From Octopus sinensis (taxonomy: Eukaryota), in the NCBI RefSeq assembly GCF_006345805.1, contig NC_043002.1, positions 25,792,001 to 25,856,000 on the forward strand: a stretch of 64,000 nucleotides of DNA, given 5' to 3'. The position numbers and the translations under genes were made by a program. Positions 51,206-64,000 of this stretch are shown here, in pieces; position 1 is the stretch's first letter, and each line of letters starts with the position of its first letter. Under the pieces are notes generated by a model. It was not told the DNA's origin. It saw only the letters and a program-made list of their open reading frames with translations, and searched no databases.

Positions 51206-51369
51206 GTAAGTTACTGTCTTTCTCATGGGCCTAACTACAACAACAATATCATGAAGACCTCTGTCATTATTCATGTTACACACACACATACATATGCGCA
51301 TGGACGCGCACTCGCACATTTTTGTCCTCGTAATTTCATTTTATATATATATATATATCTATATATATA

Positions 51370-51427
<58 letters not shown>

Positions 51428-52365
51428 CTGTGGACCTGAGCTAATTTTAAAGTTGGAAACTTTTGTCAAAGGTTTTGCTAAGCTGTGGAATTGGACCAAG
51501 TCAAAAGATTTTCAAAAGATTGTCTTAACTTCTCTATCATATCTGAGTTGGGAAAAGCGAACGTTTACAGAATTACAGTTATTGTTATTATTTGGAATGT
51601 TGTTGACAATATTTTATTTAGGATAAAACGAGAAATTATTATTGCGTTGGTAACAACAACAACAACAACAACAAAAACAAGTTTTTTTAACAAGACAGAG
51701 CTAGAGAAACGAGCACGTACCTTTGATGATGTCATGAAGGGTGATGAAAGGATTTTGACAAACTTATTGATAAACTGACAGAGCGAAAGATTAACTAAAG
51801 ATTAACTAATCGATTAGTTGACTGGTTAATTGGTTAGCATACTTGAACCTTTTGATTTCTATTGTGCATAGAACATAGGCAACCATACTCCACTGTTTTC
51901 CGCTGTCGGAAGGTCTTCCTTTCACAGATGTTTATTTTTTTGTAGTTAGGAGTGTTGGATCTATGCAATCCTACATTTACTACTAGGAAGAGGTGATCCA
52001 TATAAGCTTGGCCTCTATCCTTTCCAGTATGGAAAGTGCTACTAGGAACTTGTGCTTCGCTGGCTTACCCATCCGGATCATTGAAGCACAACAGCCAAAG
52101 CATTGCAACAAGAACTGGATCCACTGGTGCAATTGCTTAAATCTTTGAGAAACAATACTGGTCTCTAATTTAGACAGAAAATCAATAATTTTCAAAGAAG
52201 TAGACTTGTCGATACCAGTCAAATGACTGAAACAAATAAAAGAATAAAAAGAAGAGAATGACCGGTACATTATTTTTTATCGATCATGGAAGATTGAAAG
52301 GTAAAGTTTACTTCGTCGGTATTTGAACTCAGATCGGAATTAACCGGAACAAATGTCTCAAGCCT

Positions 52366-52412
52366 TTTTTTTTACCTCTGTTATTATTCTGCGAGGTCGT
52401 CGTTTTTGGATG

Positions 52413-52471
<59 letters not shown>

Positions 52472-52475
52472 ACTG

Positions 52476-52570
<95 letters not shown>

Positions 52571-52630
52571 GAATCAGTGCATTTTTTTACCTCTGTTCTT
52601 ATTATTCTGCGAGGTCGTCGTTTTAGGATG

Positions 52631-52671
<41 letters not shown>

Positions 52672-52703
52672 ACTACTACTACTATACTACTAGAATCAGT
52701 GCA
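52366..52703. repeat. Tandem duplication of a unique spacer plus (TAC)n
   Basis: ttttttacctctgtt...gaggtcgtcgttt..gatgactactac twice; tagaatcagtgcat twice. Confidence 0.9.
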
Positions 52704-53086
52704 TCTGTTCCGTGTATATTGTCACAGTGACCCTCTTAACACGCACACAAAAATGCTATATGTTTTAAAAGCAGAAGTGTTGGAAAAAAAAGAGTCAGAT
52801 AAATGTCATTACGCTGACAATTTACGAGAAAAGGAATTGACACGCTTGTAATTCCTGTACGTAAGACTATAATATTAAAAAGATATATAACCGAGAGACG
52901 CCATTTGCGGGAAGAAATTTTTTTATTGTAACAAAAAAAAAAAATATTTAACTAGAAATATAATGCCATAAAATAGAAAGACAGTTATATAGAGATAAAT
53001 TGGTTGATAGACAGAAACATACGACATTATACGCATGCGGTATACATACAAACATACATACATACATACATACATACATACATACA

Positions 53087-53150
<64 letters not shown>

Positions 53151-53179
53151 TGTTTGTTTGTTCCTTCTCAAGCAATGCC

Positions 53180-53435
53180 TGACTCATAGGGCCAGTTTCC
53201 CGGTTTCCTTGGAGCATAGGTTCCCCACCTGGAGGGGACGCCAGTCCGTCATAGGTGAGGAAAGAGTGAGAGAAAGTTGTGGCGAAAGAGTCAGCAGAAG
53301 TTCGCCATTACTTTCTGCCGGAGCCGCGTGGAGTTTAGGTTTTTCGCTCATAAACGCACACATCGTCCGGTCTGAGATTCGAACCTGCGATCCCTCGACC
53401 GCGAGTCCGCTGCTCTAACCACTAGGCCATGTGCC
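53180..53435 (-). mobile_element. SINE-C
   Basis: gagattcgaacctgcgatcc; ggggacgccagtccgtc. Confidence 0.82.
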
Positions 53436-54074
53436 TCCCCACACACACACACGCACACACGCACACACACACATATATATTGCCTGTCCATGACTTTCAA
53501 TTGTTTTAACACCCAGTACTTTGAGAGAGTATTCTTCATCACGCTAAATCGCAGCCTACTGGCAAATACGTTACTTGTGCATTAAGTATATGCGGTTGAT
53601 AATGTTATTACACTAGCGCGACTTCTGTTTCATATTTGAATTTATTCTTATGTATATAGTATCCGAGCATACCCGCGCATAGTGTGCACGCTATAAACAT
53701 ATAAGCGGTGGTCTGGCGATATCAATCATTTCGGGTACGTGATGTTGCTAAGTCACAAAAATGGTGAAACATCGATGTCCATCACTCCTGGATAGGATTG
53801 GAGATGAGTTATCTCGCGTGTCCATGACTTTCAGGTGTTTTAACACCCGGCGTATTGAGAGAGTATTTTCCACGACGACAAATTACAGTAATACACGTGC
53901 TAGTAATACCACGTGCATTACTGGCAAATACACGTGGTATATATGTTAAGTATATGCGGTTGATGATATATCTATATATATATAATGATGAAAATGTGTG
54001 CTTGTCTGTCTGACTGTTTGTGTGAATCCCTAAAACTCGTGTGTGTGTGTATATTTATATGCTTGTGTGATGCT

Positions 54075-54285
54075 TGTGTGTCTGTGTTGGTCACTTCAAA
54101 ATCGTTTGACAACCGATGCTCGTGTGTTTACGTCCCCGAATTAGCGGTTTGGCAAAAGAGACCGATAGACTAAAGTACTAGGCTTACAAAGAAAAAGTCC
54201 TGGTGTCGATTTGCTCGACTAAAGGCGGTACTCCAGTATGGCCACAGTCAAATGACTGAAACTAGTAAAAGAATAAAAGAATAAA
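54075..54285 (+). mobile_element. SINE-B 3' part
   Basis: tgacaaccgatgct...ggccacagtcaaatgactgaaac. Confidence 0.85.
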
Positions 54286-54344
54286 AAATAAACATGCATA
54301 TTAGCACACATGTATGTTTACATACACTTGTGCAGAAATGTAGC

Positions 54345-54590
54345 TGTTAGAGTGTTGAATTTATGAGCAAACGACAGTAACTTCGATTACTTGATCGAAT
54401 AGTGAGGTGTGTTCTTGAATATTCCAGTTCATTTCAAGTTGTGAAGGCGCGTTGAATCTTCCTGAAGACTACGTTAAAAGTACGCATGTCTATGGAGTGC
54501 TCAGCCACTTGTACGTTAATTTCACAGGTAGATTGTTTCGTTGATCGTATCAAATGGAAAACACGTCGTCGTAACCGATGGAACGTCATT
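54345..54590 (+). mobile_element. SINE-C, diverged
   Basis: ggagtgctcagccacttgtacgttaatttcac tail. Confidence 0.65.
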
Positions 54591-54688
54591 TTGTTTTCAT
54601 TTCAGGTTACTTCACTATATTCAGTTAAAATGTTTTATCAACCGAGTGCTGGGAAAGCCTTTTCTCTCACCAGCTATCACATCCTTGG

Positions 54689-55085
54689 TCAGGCATGGGC
54701 AATCTTTTTCGAGAAGTGGTTCGCCCGAGACATGGATCATCCTCAAGCACACCACACTACTAAAAAAAAAAGATCAAGGTAATCTTTTCGTTATGCAATG
54801 CCATTCAGGAAGTCCATAGTTTGCCTATGGTTGTTCTTCCTCTTCCGCCGACGCAAAAAGATGTGACTATGTGTTTACTTGGGAAACTAAAACAATTAGT
54901 TATATTCATTGGCAAGCGACAGCTATGCTTGCTTGAAGATAGAAACCAAGTGCGGAGAACCTTATTTTTGAGTAACGGCCCGCATGAAACATGGTTCATC
55001 ATTAGGCGGGCCGCACTATTCTAGTTAATTTTTCGTTGGTGTACCATTCAGAAAGACCCGGTGGCCGTAGTTTGCTCACAATTGA
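54689..55085. mobile_element. Possible hAT (Charlie-like) non-autonomous remnants
   Basis: caggcatgggcaa start; gtagtttgc...(t/c)g end-like motifs at about 54815 and 55068. Confidence 0.35.
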
Positions 55086-55218
55086 TATAAACAAACACAT
55101 ATTCATAACGCATAAATATATATGTATATAGTTTCTTGCACACATTCATGTTTACACATAGACACATATATACATGTACGCACATTCATAATTTCAATGT
55201 ATGTGCACATACATACGC

Positions 55219-55251
<33 letters not shown>

Positions 55252-55884
55252 TGTATGTATGTATGTATGTATGCATGTATGTATATATATATATATGTGT
55301 GTGTGTGTACTTGTGTGTGTGTGTGCATATATATATATGTGAGTATATGTAAATATACATTGAAATGCATACAGACTCGAATAAACGTATGCATATATAA
55401 ATGTGCACATATGTTTTGTACATATACAGTCAATACAAGAACGCATATGCACACACGCAAACTCAACACATTCAATTACATATATGTATGAAGATTTTGT
55501 GATCGCGCAGATACTGTATGCGCGTGCACATTGAAATACACATACATACATGAGTAACACTTCTCCACATAAACAAGTCCGTATAAATATACACGCGTGC
55601 ACACATAAAGAATTATATACACATATTGAAATATGTATAAGTGCATGAAGGTATACGCTCATACATATACAAACATACTACATTAAAAAAAATCAATGTC
55701 TTATCATAGGCGATAGCAATGCAGATAAAACATGAAATAATAATAAAGTTATTGAAATGTCACCTCAGGATATATTTAATTAGTCTTGATATTTCGAAAT
55801 AACCCCCACCCACTCCTTTTCAAAAGAAATAAAGAACGGAAATATGAATGTTGTAAGCATTGCAAACATACATACATCTGTATA

Positions 55885-55920
<36 letters not shown>

Positions 55921-55934
<14 letters not shown>

Positions 55935-57102
55935 TTACACACACACACGTATGTGTATCTAACCACACAAACATACATACGCACACATCTTGATGATATG
56001 ATATGAATAGGAAAATGGAACAGATATGAATATAAAAATATATTAAATCAATCTGGCCGTTGACTTAGGGCCCTGGCTATATTATTCGCCTATACGAATT
56101 GTTTTTTGAGAGGTGGAGAAGCAATGTGGAGCAACTGAGTATAATAGATGTAGGTTATTTTTATTAAACAAGACAGGTGTAGATTGTTTATATAAATTGA
56201 GATTTTATGTTAGATATACAAATTTCGCGATATATATTCATAGAAAAACCAGTATAAATATTGAAAAGGAGTAAGAGTTAGTAGTAAAAATTGCGATAGT
56301 TGCTGTGAAGATATGCTATCAGAAGAGAAACCTGTAAGGAGCATGTATATTGAAAATTGAAATGCTGGTTGGGAAGTCAGCAGGCCAAAAGATTAAAAGT
56401 TTAAAAGACAAAAACCCATAAGAAATAATATGGGAAAGGTAAATAAAAACATTTGTCGTGTTCTTAAAGAGGCACTACACCTCCAAAAGAAGAAAAAATC
56501 CGTGTAGGTAACGTGCAGGTTCATAACACGAACTTCCTTTGATGAAACACGGGGAGATGAATTCTAATTTGGAATTCAGTAAAAATAGTAGATGTATCAG
56601 AACGTTCTATTTCTCTTTTATATTTATTCCTGAATTAAAATGTGTGATAGTAATATTTGGGCTTGAACGAGTTATTCGTGAGAACCATTTAGAATTTTAT
56701 ACAGTCACTGCTGGATACTTTAGCACTCATTTGAAGACAATTACAGATTAGGAGAGACTTGCTTTGAGCGAAATAAATCGCAAGCATATGAGATTCTGGT
56801 GGCAAATCTCATATATATATATGTGTGTTTATATATATATGTAAATGGCGTTTAAGCTCGCGACAATTTTTGTTTTGCTAGAAATTTATTATTGCAGTCA
56901 TAACAGATTACATCATATTACATAAATGTCCAGCACCTCAGGCGTTACATAAACTTAGTCAACCATTTCGCTCACCTGCTTTCGCTATCCACCAATATAT
57001 ATAGAACAAAAGTGGTTAAAGAGCTATCAATTAAGTAGTGACTGCAGAAATACAAAGCGCGCGCGCGAGAGAGAGAGAGAGAATATATATATAATGTATA
57101 CA

Positions 57103-57141
<39 letters not shown>

Positions 57142-58335
57142 TATATATATATACACTTACACACACACACGTATGTGTATCTAACCACACAAACATACAT
57201 ACGCACACATCTTGATGATATGATATGAATAGGAAAATGGAACAGATATGAATATAAAAATATATTAAATCAATCTGGCCGTTGACTTAGGGCCCTGGCT
57301 ATATTATTCGCCTATACGAATGTTTTTTGAGAGGTGGAGAGCAATGTGGAGCAACTGAGTATAATAGATGTAGGTTATTTTTATTAAACAAGACAGGTGT
57401 AGATTGTTTATATAAATTGAGATTTTATGTTAGATATACAAATTTCGCGATATATATTCATAGAAAAACCAGTATAAATATTGAAAAGGAGTAAGAGTTA
57501 GTAGTAAAAATTGCGATAGTTGCTGTGAAGATATGCTATCAGAAGAGAACCTGTAAGGAGCATGTATATTGAAAATTGAAATGCTGGTTGGGAAGTCAGC
57601 AGGCCAAAAGATTAAAAGTTTAAAAGACAAAAACCCATAAGAAATAATATGGAAAGGTAAATAAAAACATTTGTCGTGTTCTTAAAGAGGCACTACACCT
57701 CCAAAAGAAGAAAAAATCCGTGTAGGTAACGTGCAGGTTCATAACACGAACTTCCTTTGATGAAACACGGGGAGATGAATTCTAATTTGGAATTCAGTAA
57801 AAATAGTAGATGTATCAGAACGTTCTATTTCTCTTTTATATTTATTCCTGAATTAAAATGTGTGATAGTAATATTTGGGCTTGAACGAGTTATTCGTGAG
57901 AACCATTTAGAATTTTATACAGTCACTGCTGGATACTTTAGCACTCATTTGAAGACAATTACAGATTAGGAGAGACTTGCTTTGAGCGAAATAAATCGCA
58001 AGCATATGAGATTCTGGTGGCAAATCTCATATATATATATGTGTGTTTATATATATATATATGTAAATGGCGTTTAAGCTCGCGACAATTTTTGTTTTGC
58101 TAGAAATTTATTATTGCAGTCATAACAGATTACATCATATTACATAAATGTCCAGCACCTCAGGCGTTACATAAACTTAGTCAACCATTTCGCTCACCTG
58201 CTTCGCTATCCACCAATATATATAGAACAAAAGTGGTTAAAGAACTATCAATTAAGTAGTGACTGCAGAATACAAAGCGCGCGCGCGAGAGAGAGAGAGA
58301 GAATATATATATATGTATACATGCATATATATATA

Positions 58336-58340
<5 letters not shown>
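55921..58340. repeat. Tandem duplication of about 1.22 kb (2 copies)
   Basis: Identical ORFs at 56539 and 57757; copies differ by six 1-bp deletions and one substitution as read. Confidence 0.95.
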
Positions 58341-58381
<41 letters not shown>

Positions 58382-58454
58382 ATATATAAATACATATATG
58401 TATATTCATGCACCTATATGTACTTCTATATATAAAATAAAATCTATTTATCTA

Positions 58455-58493
<39 letters not shown>

Positions 58494-59042
58494 GACAGTC
58501 TGTCTGCCTGTCTGTGAGTGTGTGTGTGTGAGTGTGTATGTGAGTGTGTGAGTGTGTATGTATGTGTGTGTGTGAGTGTGTATGTGTGTGTGTGTGTATG
58601 TGTGGTCATGCTTGAAGTAGCAGGCTGAAGTGGATTGTGGGATTCATGTGAAATCATTGAAAGTTCATTATTTACATTATTTACATTTGACGGATATTTG
58701 CTCTCATCTTGATCAGGACAAATATCCTTCAAATGTAAATAATGTACATAATTCCCCATCTCTTAAATATAGAACTGTGTCCATTGAAAGTTGTACCCCA
58801 TCATGGCTGTAGTTCAAAGAGTGAAGCCAGAGAAAGATTAAAAGGATAAAAGAATGTTTTACAAAATTTATTCTGCCTGAAATACAAGTTTTAAAATTAT
58901 CATTATAAATATTTCATGCTTTTATGAAGTAGATGTTTGTGTTGTTTACGTCCAGTTCTTCTTGATCAAAACAAACTATAATTAAAGACGTTTCAGTCGT
59001 GGCAACTCTACTTTTACCCAGATGTATTAGATGTAAGTCAAC

Positions 59043-59475
59043 CGGCGTGGCTGTGTGGTAAGAAGCTTCCTTCCCAACCATATATTTTCGAGTTCAGTCC
59101 CACTGCGTGGCACTTTGGGCAAGCGTCTTCTACTATGGCCTAGGGCCGACCAAAGCCTTGTGAATGGATTTGGTAGATAGAAACTGAAAGAATCCCGTCA
59201 TATATGTATATATATATATATATCTGTGTATGTGTGTGTGTGTGTGTGTGTGTATTTTGTGTGTGTGTTTGTCCCGTATCACCGCTTGATAATCGGCATA
59301 TATGTGTTTACGTCCCCGTAACATAGCAGTTCGGCTAAAACGATCGATAGAATTAGTACCAGACTCAGAAAAAGTACTGGGACCGATTCATTCGACTAAA
59401 AATTCTTCAAGGCGGTGCCCCAGCATGGCCGCAGTCTAATGACTGAAACAAAATAAAAGATAAAAGATAAAAGAT
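59043..59475 (+). mobile_element. SINE-B, full length
   Basis: gtggctgtgtggtaagaagc... to gactgaaacaaaataaaagataaaagat. Confidence 0.9.
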
Positions 59476-59964
59476 GCTCATATGTGACATGCTTGTTTTT
59501 TGTTGTTTTCACCGTGGGTCAGTCCTGATCAAAAGCGTTCCAGCCGTGGCCAGCGATCTTTTAATCAAGCATAGTATTTCTAAGAGTAAATGGACTAATG
59601 TATACCTCCTTATTATTGTTTGTAGTTCATGGCCAAACTTAATCCAATAAATTTATGATCAAAGGCGTTCCACATGTGACCGTTTCTTCATCTTTTATTC
59701 AGACATTATATTTACGATAACATTATTTAATGTTATCATCCATGTTGTTTGTCCTCAAGTAGATTTAGAGATAAGCCAGTCCTGACTATCCTTATCTTTT
59801 ACACAGGCATTGTATATCTAGAACTACACTATATACGTATCTTGCTGTAAATATTGCTTCCAAAAGTGTTGTATAGAATTTAGATTTTCAATATTCGTCG
59901 TATTCTAAGATATTCTTTATTAAGATATGCATTAAACTATAAACAATACATTTTATAGTCAAAT

Positions 59965-59985
59965 AATAATAATAACAATAACAAT

Positions 59986-60033
<48 letters not shown>

Positions 60034-60060
60034 AATAATAATAATAATAATAACAACAAC
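59965..60060. repeat. (AAT)/(AAC)n compound microsatellite
   Basis: Direct reading. Confidence 0.95.
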
Positions 60061-60214
60061 ATTGAACTGTTAGAAATATATAGTATATAAAAGATATAAC
60101 TGAAGAACTATCCACACACATACACATATGCAGACGCACGCACACATATAGACATACACATGCAATATCTATACATATCTGTGCATATACATACACACAT
60201 ATAAGCATGAGTAT

Positions 60215-60256
<42 letters not shown>

Positions 60257-60261
60257 TATAA

Positions 60262-60328
<67 letters not shown>

Positions 60329-60599
60329 CACGCATATATGCGTAAACGTATGTATACATACAGATTTTATTGCACAAAGCATTGGAGAAATCATATATAC
60401 ACATGATATTAGGGCTAAGGTTGAAGATATTATAGATCACCTTTTCAGAAACAGCTTGATGTATTGAGGAACAGTTGGAGAGTATAAAGATTAACGTTGT
60501 TGAGAAAAAGCTGAAATGGAGGACGGGAAGCCATATGGATATTGGAAAAGAGTTACGTATATCATAAGGATTCGTGCCCAATATCAAAATGTCGACCTC

Positions 60600-61110
60600 A
60601 TGACTACTGTCAATGCTCTGGGAACACTGTAAAGGCTGTAAGACGTGACATAGACAGCTGCAACGGGGGCCTCTAAATCGTGGTCAGCGAGAAGGGACAT
60701 AACAAGCGTTCTGTTCGCGTCCGGAATTATTCAATAATTGATGAACCGGGCATTAGGCTCAATTCAGAGGGCTGCTGTGCAGCTGATAGGGACTGTGCTC
60801 ATACTTTGGCAAGAGAGGGTTGCTTCCGAAAGGCCACATGTGTGGTAGAAGGATTCGGTTCCTTGCCATATTCACAGAAAGAGTGAGGAGTGTTTGTCGG
60901 AGTATTTTTACAACTTCAGCAGCGCCATTTTCTGGTCTCCTAGTTATCCCGTTTATAATCCCATGGATTACTGTGTGTGGGTCGCTGGTGAGAAACACAC
61001 CAACTGCTCTACCTGCAGCATCAAAGCCGAGCTGGCGGCAAAGATTAAGGAGGTGCTCCCAGAGACATAGTGAAGGACGCATTCGCCAGTTCCGGAGCTG
61101 TATTGAGGCT
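60600..61110 (+). pseudogene. maT / DD37D-type Tc1-mariner transposase fossil
   Basis: EPGIRLNSEG, VW*KDSVPCH, FWSPSYPVYNPMDYCVW; frameshifted and internally deleted. Confidence 0.7.
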
Positions 61111-61119
61111 TTTCTTTTC

Positions 61120-61217
61120 ATCGCTTTTGGGGTCGATAAAATAAGCACCAGGAGAGCACTGGGGTGTACGTGACTGGCTTACCCCTACCCCGAAATTGCA
61201 GTCCTTGAACCAAAATT
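61120..61217 (+). mobile_element. SINE-A 3' fragment
   Basis: ggggtcgataaaataagcacc...aaaatttgaaag. Confidence 0.65.
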
Positions 61218-62629
61218 TGAAAGCAGTATTAGTTTCATAGGAACATACATTGCAGGTATGTATGTTTGCAAAGAGAGGGGCGAACTAGGGGGAAGCAGGC
61301 GATAAATCGTTAGTTAGGAGTTTCCATTAAAGTGTACATACACACGCACAATATACATCTAAAATTATTTTAACTCCTGCAGGAATGTTCATCCTCAAAA
61401 CTCATTTGAATAAACGTTCCGTGGAAAAAATACTTAGAAATTATTTCTAGTAGATATAAATTCAGTTTAATCCTTGCCATCAGTAGTATTATCACAAGTG
61501 GAATATTTTTTCTCGCTTATTTTTTTCTTGGTTATTCATTCATCGGAAGAAACGATGCTGGTTTGTACTCCCTCTAGCTTTAAATCTCATGTTAACTGCA
61601 CTGTATCTAAACTACACACAATCGTAAAAATAGAAATAAAACAATTAAAACTCTAATATATTTTAATTATAGCCGCTTGTATCTAATTAAATTGTGTGTA
61701 TGAGAGTTATTTTTTTAATAAGCAAGTATAAATTAAGATGTATATTTTAATTAAATCATCTTATTCACGTATATTTCATGTAAAAAAAACAACACTATTT
61801 TACAAAGTAACAAATTTGGGGGCTTTTATAAATTAAATACACATGTAAATACAATTTTAGCATATTTTTTATTCACAATCTATTTAACTCAATTAGATAT
61901 TTTTGAGAGTGTAACTCCTTACGTAAATGTTTGTAAATTGTCACTTCTATAACAAAAGCAAATTAAATGTAAAAAATTTAGATTTATTCTCAAGTTGACA
62001 ATTGCAGCTTGGGGCTGTGGGGGAGGGGTATCTGTGACAAAAATATATAAGTACGCGTATTTACCAAAAGGAATAACATTAATTTACTTATTCCTATAAA
62101 CTGAGAGTTGATTACAGCCTTTTTCGAACTAACATCGGTCGACCGGCATTCTTCTCTTCAGGCACATTATATTCAAAACTATTTTATCATGAATATTCAT
62201 TCGCTTTTAAGATTACGGTATTATTTAATATGTGGTACTATCTGCGTAGGAGTGTGTTTTAAAAGGGATTATACATTCATAAATAAATACTTACACGCAC
62301 ACACATATAAATGTCAATATATAGATAAAATGATACAAGAATAACATTTGAAGATAGAATGGATCAGTTGAGAAATATTATTTGCATTAGTTTTACATAC
62401 GTACACACACACATACACACAAACTGTCACACACATGCTCATACACACATGCAACAACAGTTATATAATTCTCCTATATCTCTTTCCATGAAATAGAGTG
62501 GTGATCAAAGTGAAAACAATGAATATGTTGTATGAAATCATTCAACTCCCAAATGTATATTTAAATAATAACAACCAGCGAATACATCGGAAAAATATTA
62601 GTTTTCGGCAATATATACATACGTACATA

Positions 62630-62715
<86 letters not shown>

Positions 62716-63334
62716 TTAGAAACTAACCAAACATTCGTGTTTCATCTAAGCAGGACGACATTAATACGTGACAAAGAAAACGGCTAAACACTAACACATT
62801 ATCTACTCAGATGCAAGCATACGTGTAGATATACACGCGCATACGAATATCTATGCTCGTGTGTATGTATGTATGTATGTATGTACGTAAATACATATGC
62901 ATATTTGCAGTGAATATATGCAGACTCATAGACGCACATACATAGGCTGTCGAATCACTTGTATTGCTAGAGTGTTGGATAGACTACCTTACCAAAAATA
63001 TTCTGTCTCTCTGATCTGAATTCGAATCCTGCGTAAGTCAAATTTGCCTCTTACACTTTGGCAGTAAAAAGTAATCCCGAACGTTCTTGTTGAGAATAGT
63101 GGAATGCTAAAATGTCGGCCGAAATGATTTACGATATTTGTTTCGGACCTGTACATTTTGAGTTTAAATTCGGGTTCACGTCACCAGAAGAAACTCGTAC
63201 TTTGGGGCTTGGCAAAAATGGTGGTAGGTTCACAAGTGCCAAACTATTTGAACCGAATACCTGAACACCTTCCATACTAGCCAATCGGCTGATAGTAGTG
63301 AACGCAAAGGGACTTCAAAGACTTAGCACTTAAG

Positions 63335-63372
<38 letters not shown>

Positions 63373-63374
63373 TA

Positions 63375-63655
63375 GGAGCACTCCGTCGGTTACGACGACG
63401 AGGGTCCCAGCTGATACAATCAACGGAACAGCCTGCTCGTGAAATTAACGTGCAATTGACTGAGCAACCACATCCACGCGTACCCCTAACGTAGTTCTCA
63501 GGGAGATCCAGCGTGATACAGAGTGTGACAAGGCCGGCCCTTTGAAATACAGGTACAACTCATTTTTGCCAGCTGAGTGGACTGGAGCAACGTGAAATAA
63601 AGTGTCTTGCTCAAGGACACAGCGCGTTGCCGGGAATCGAACTCACGACCTTACA
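63375..63655 (-). mobile_element. SINE-C
   Basis: ggagcactccgtcggttacgacg tail shared with 7572; head gggaatcgaactcacgacc. Confidence 0.85.
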
Positions 63656-64000
63656 ATAAATATAGTTTATTTAAACTGAATGTTTATTTCCTGACTCGAT
63701 TTTGTTGACAATGTGATCTGCAGGGAAGAACTGTTTTCGTCTAAAGATTGCAGAGCTGTCAAACTCGAGTTGCAAAGTGAACATTCAGTTGAAAAAATTC
63801 TGCAACATGTATTGAATTCTCATTCCTTGTTTGAGACAATTCACTGTGTACACACACACTCCCACATATATTGCCCACACACGTATTTGAGATAAGATGG
63901 AATGAAGAAGGATGTCTGTAGGTGTTTGAACACCTGGCAAAAATTGGTGGATATATGTTCCTCAAGTTACGTTCTACCGTATGAGGAAATAACATTTGGA

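Noticed and set aside
57430-57630. L1-type endonuclease remnant (ISIFNIHAP)
   Set aside because: Only one partial motif and no GDFN; cannot be supported.
56539-57969. Duplicated 70-aa gene
   Set aside because: The identity comes from the tandem duplication; no recognisable domain.

Overview
AT-rich eukaryotic genomic DNA made almost entirely of interspersed repeats and microsatellites. The SINE families, (TA)/(CA)/(CATA)/(ATCT) arrays and TE set look like a coleoid cephalopod, probably Octopus; this is an inference from repeat content. I cannot identify a host protein-coding gene with confidence, and nearly all ORF-track entries are microsatellite read-through. Supported features: about 40 copies of three tRNA-headed SINE families (my labels A, B, C); CR1/L2-like, RTE and Tx1/L1 LINE fragments; two Penelope-like elements with inverted 5' copies of their 3' ends, one carrying a hammerhead-like fold; a full-length but disrupted irritans-type mariner; Tc1/Tc3, maT-like and Merlin fossils; Helitron-type non-autonomous elements; several MITEs; a 100-N gap; and a 1.2-kb tandem duplication that may be an assembly artefact. 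Most notable observations: a Tx1 element embedded in (ATCT)n on both sides, the Penelope hammerhead candidate, many local inverted duplications that copy unique flank or privately decayed sequence, a 79-bp target-site duplication, and an unexplained 2-kb high-complexity island. Boundaries of decayed elements are approximate.
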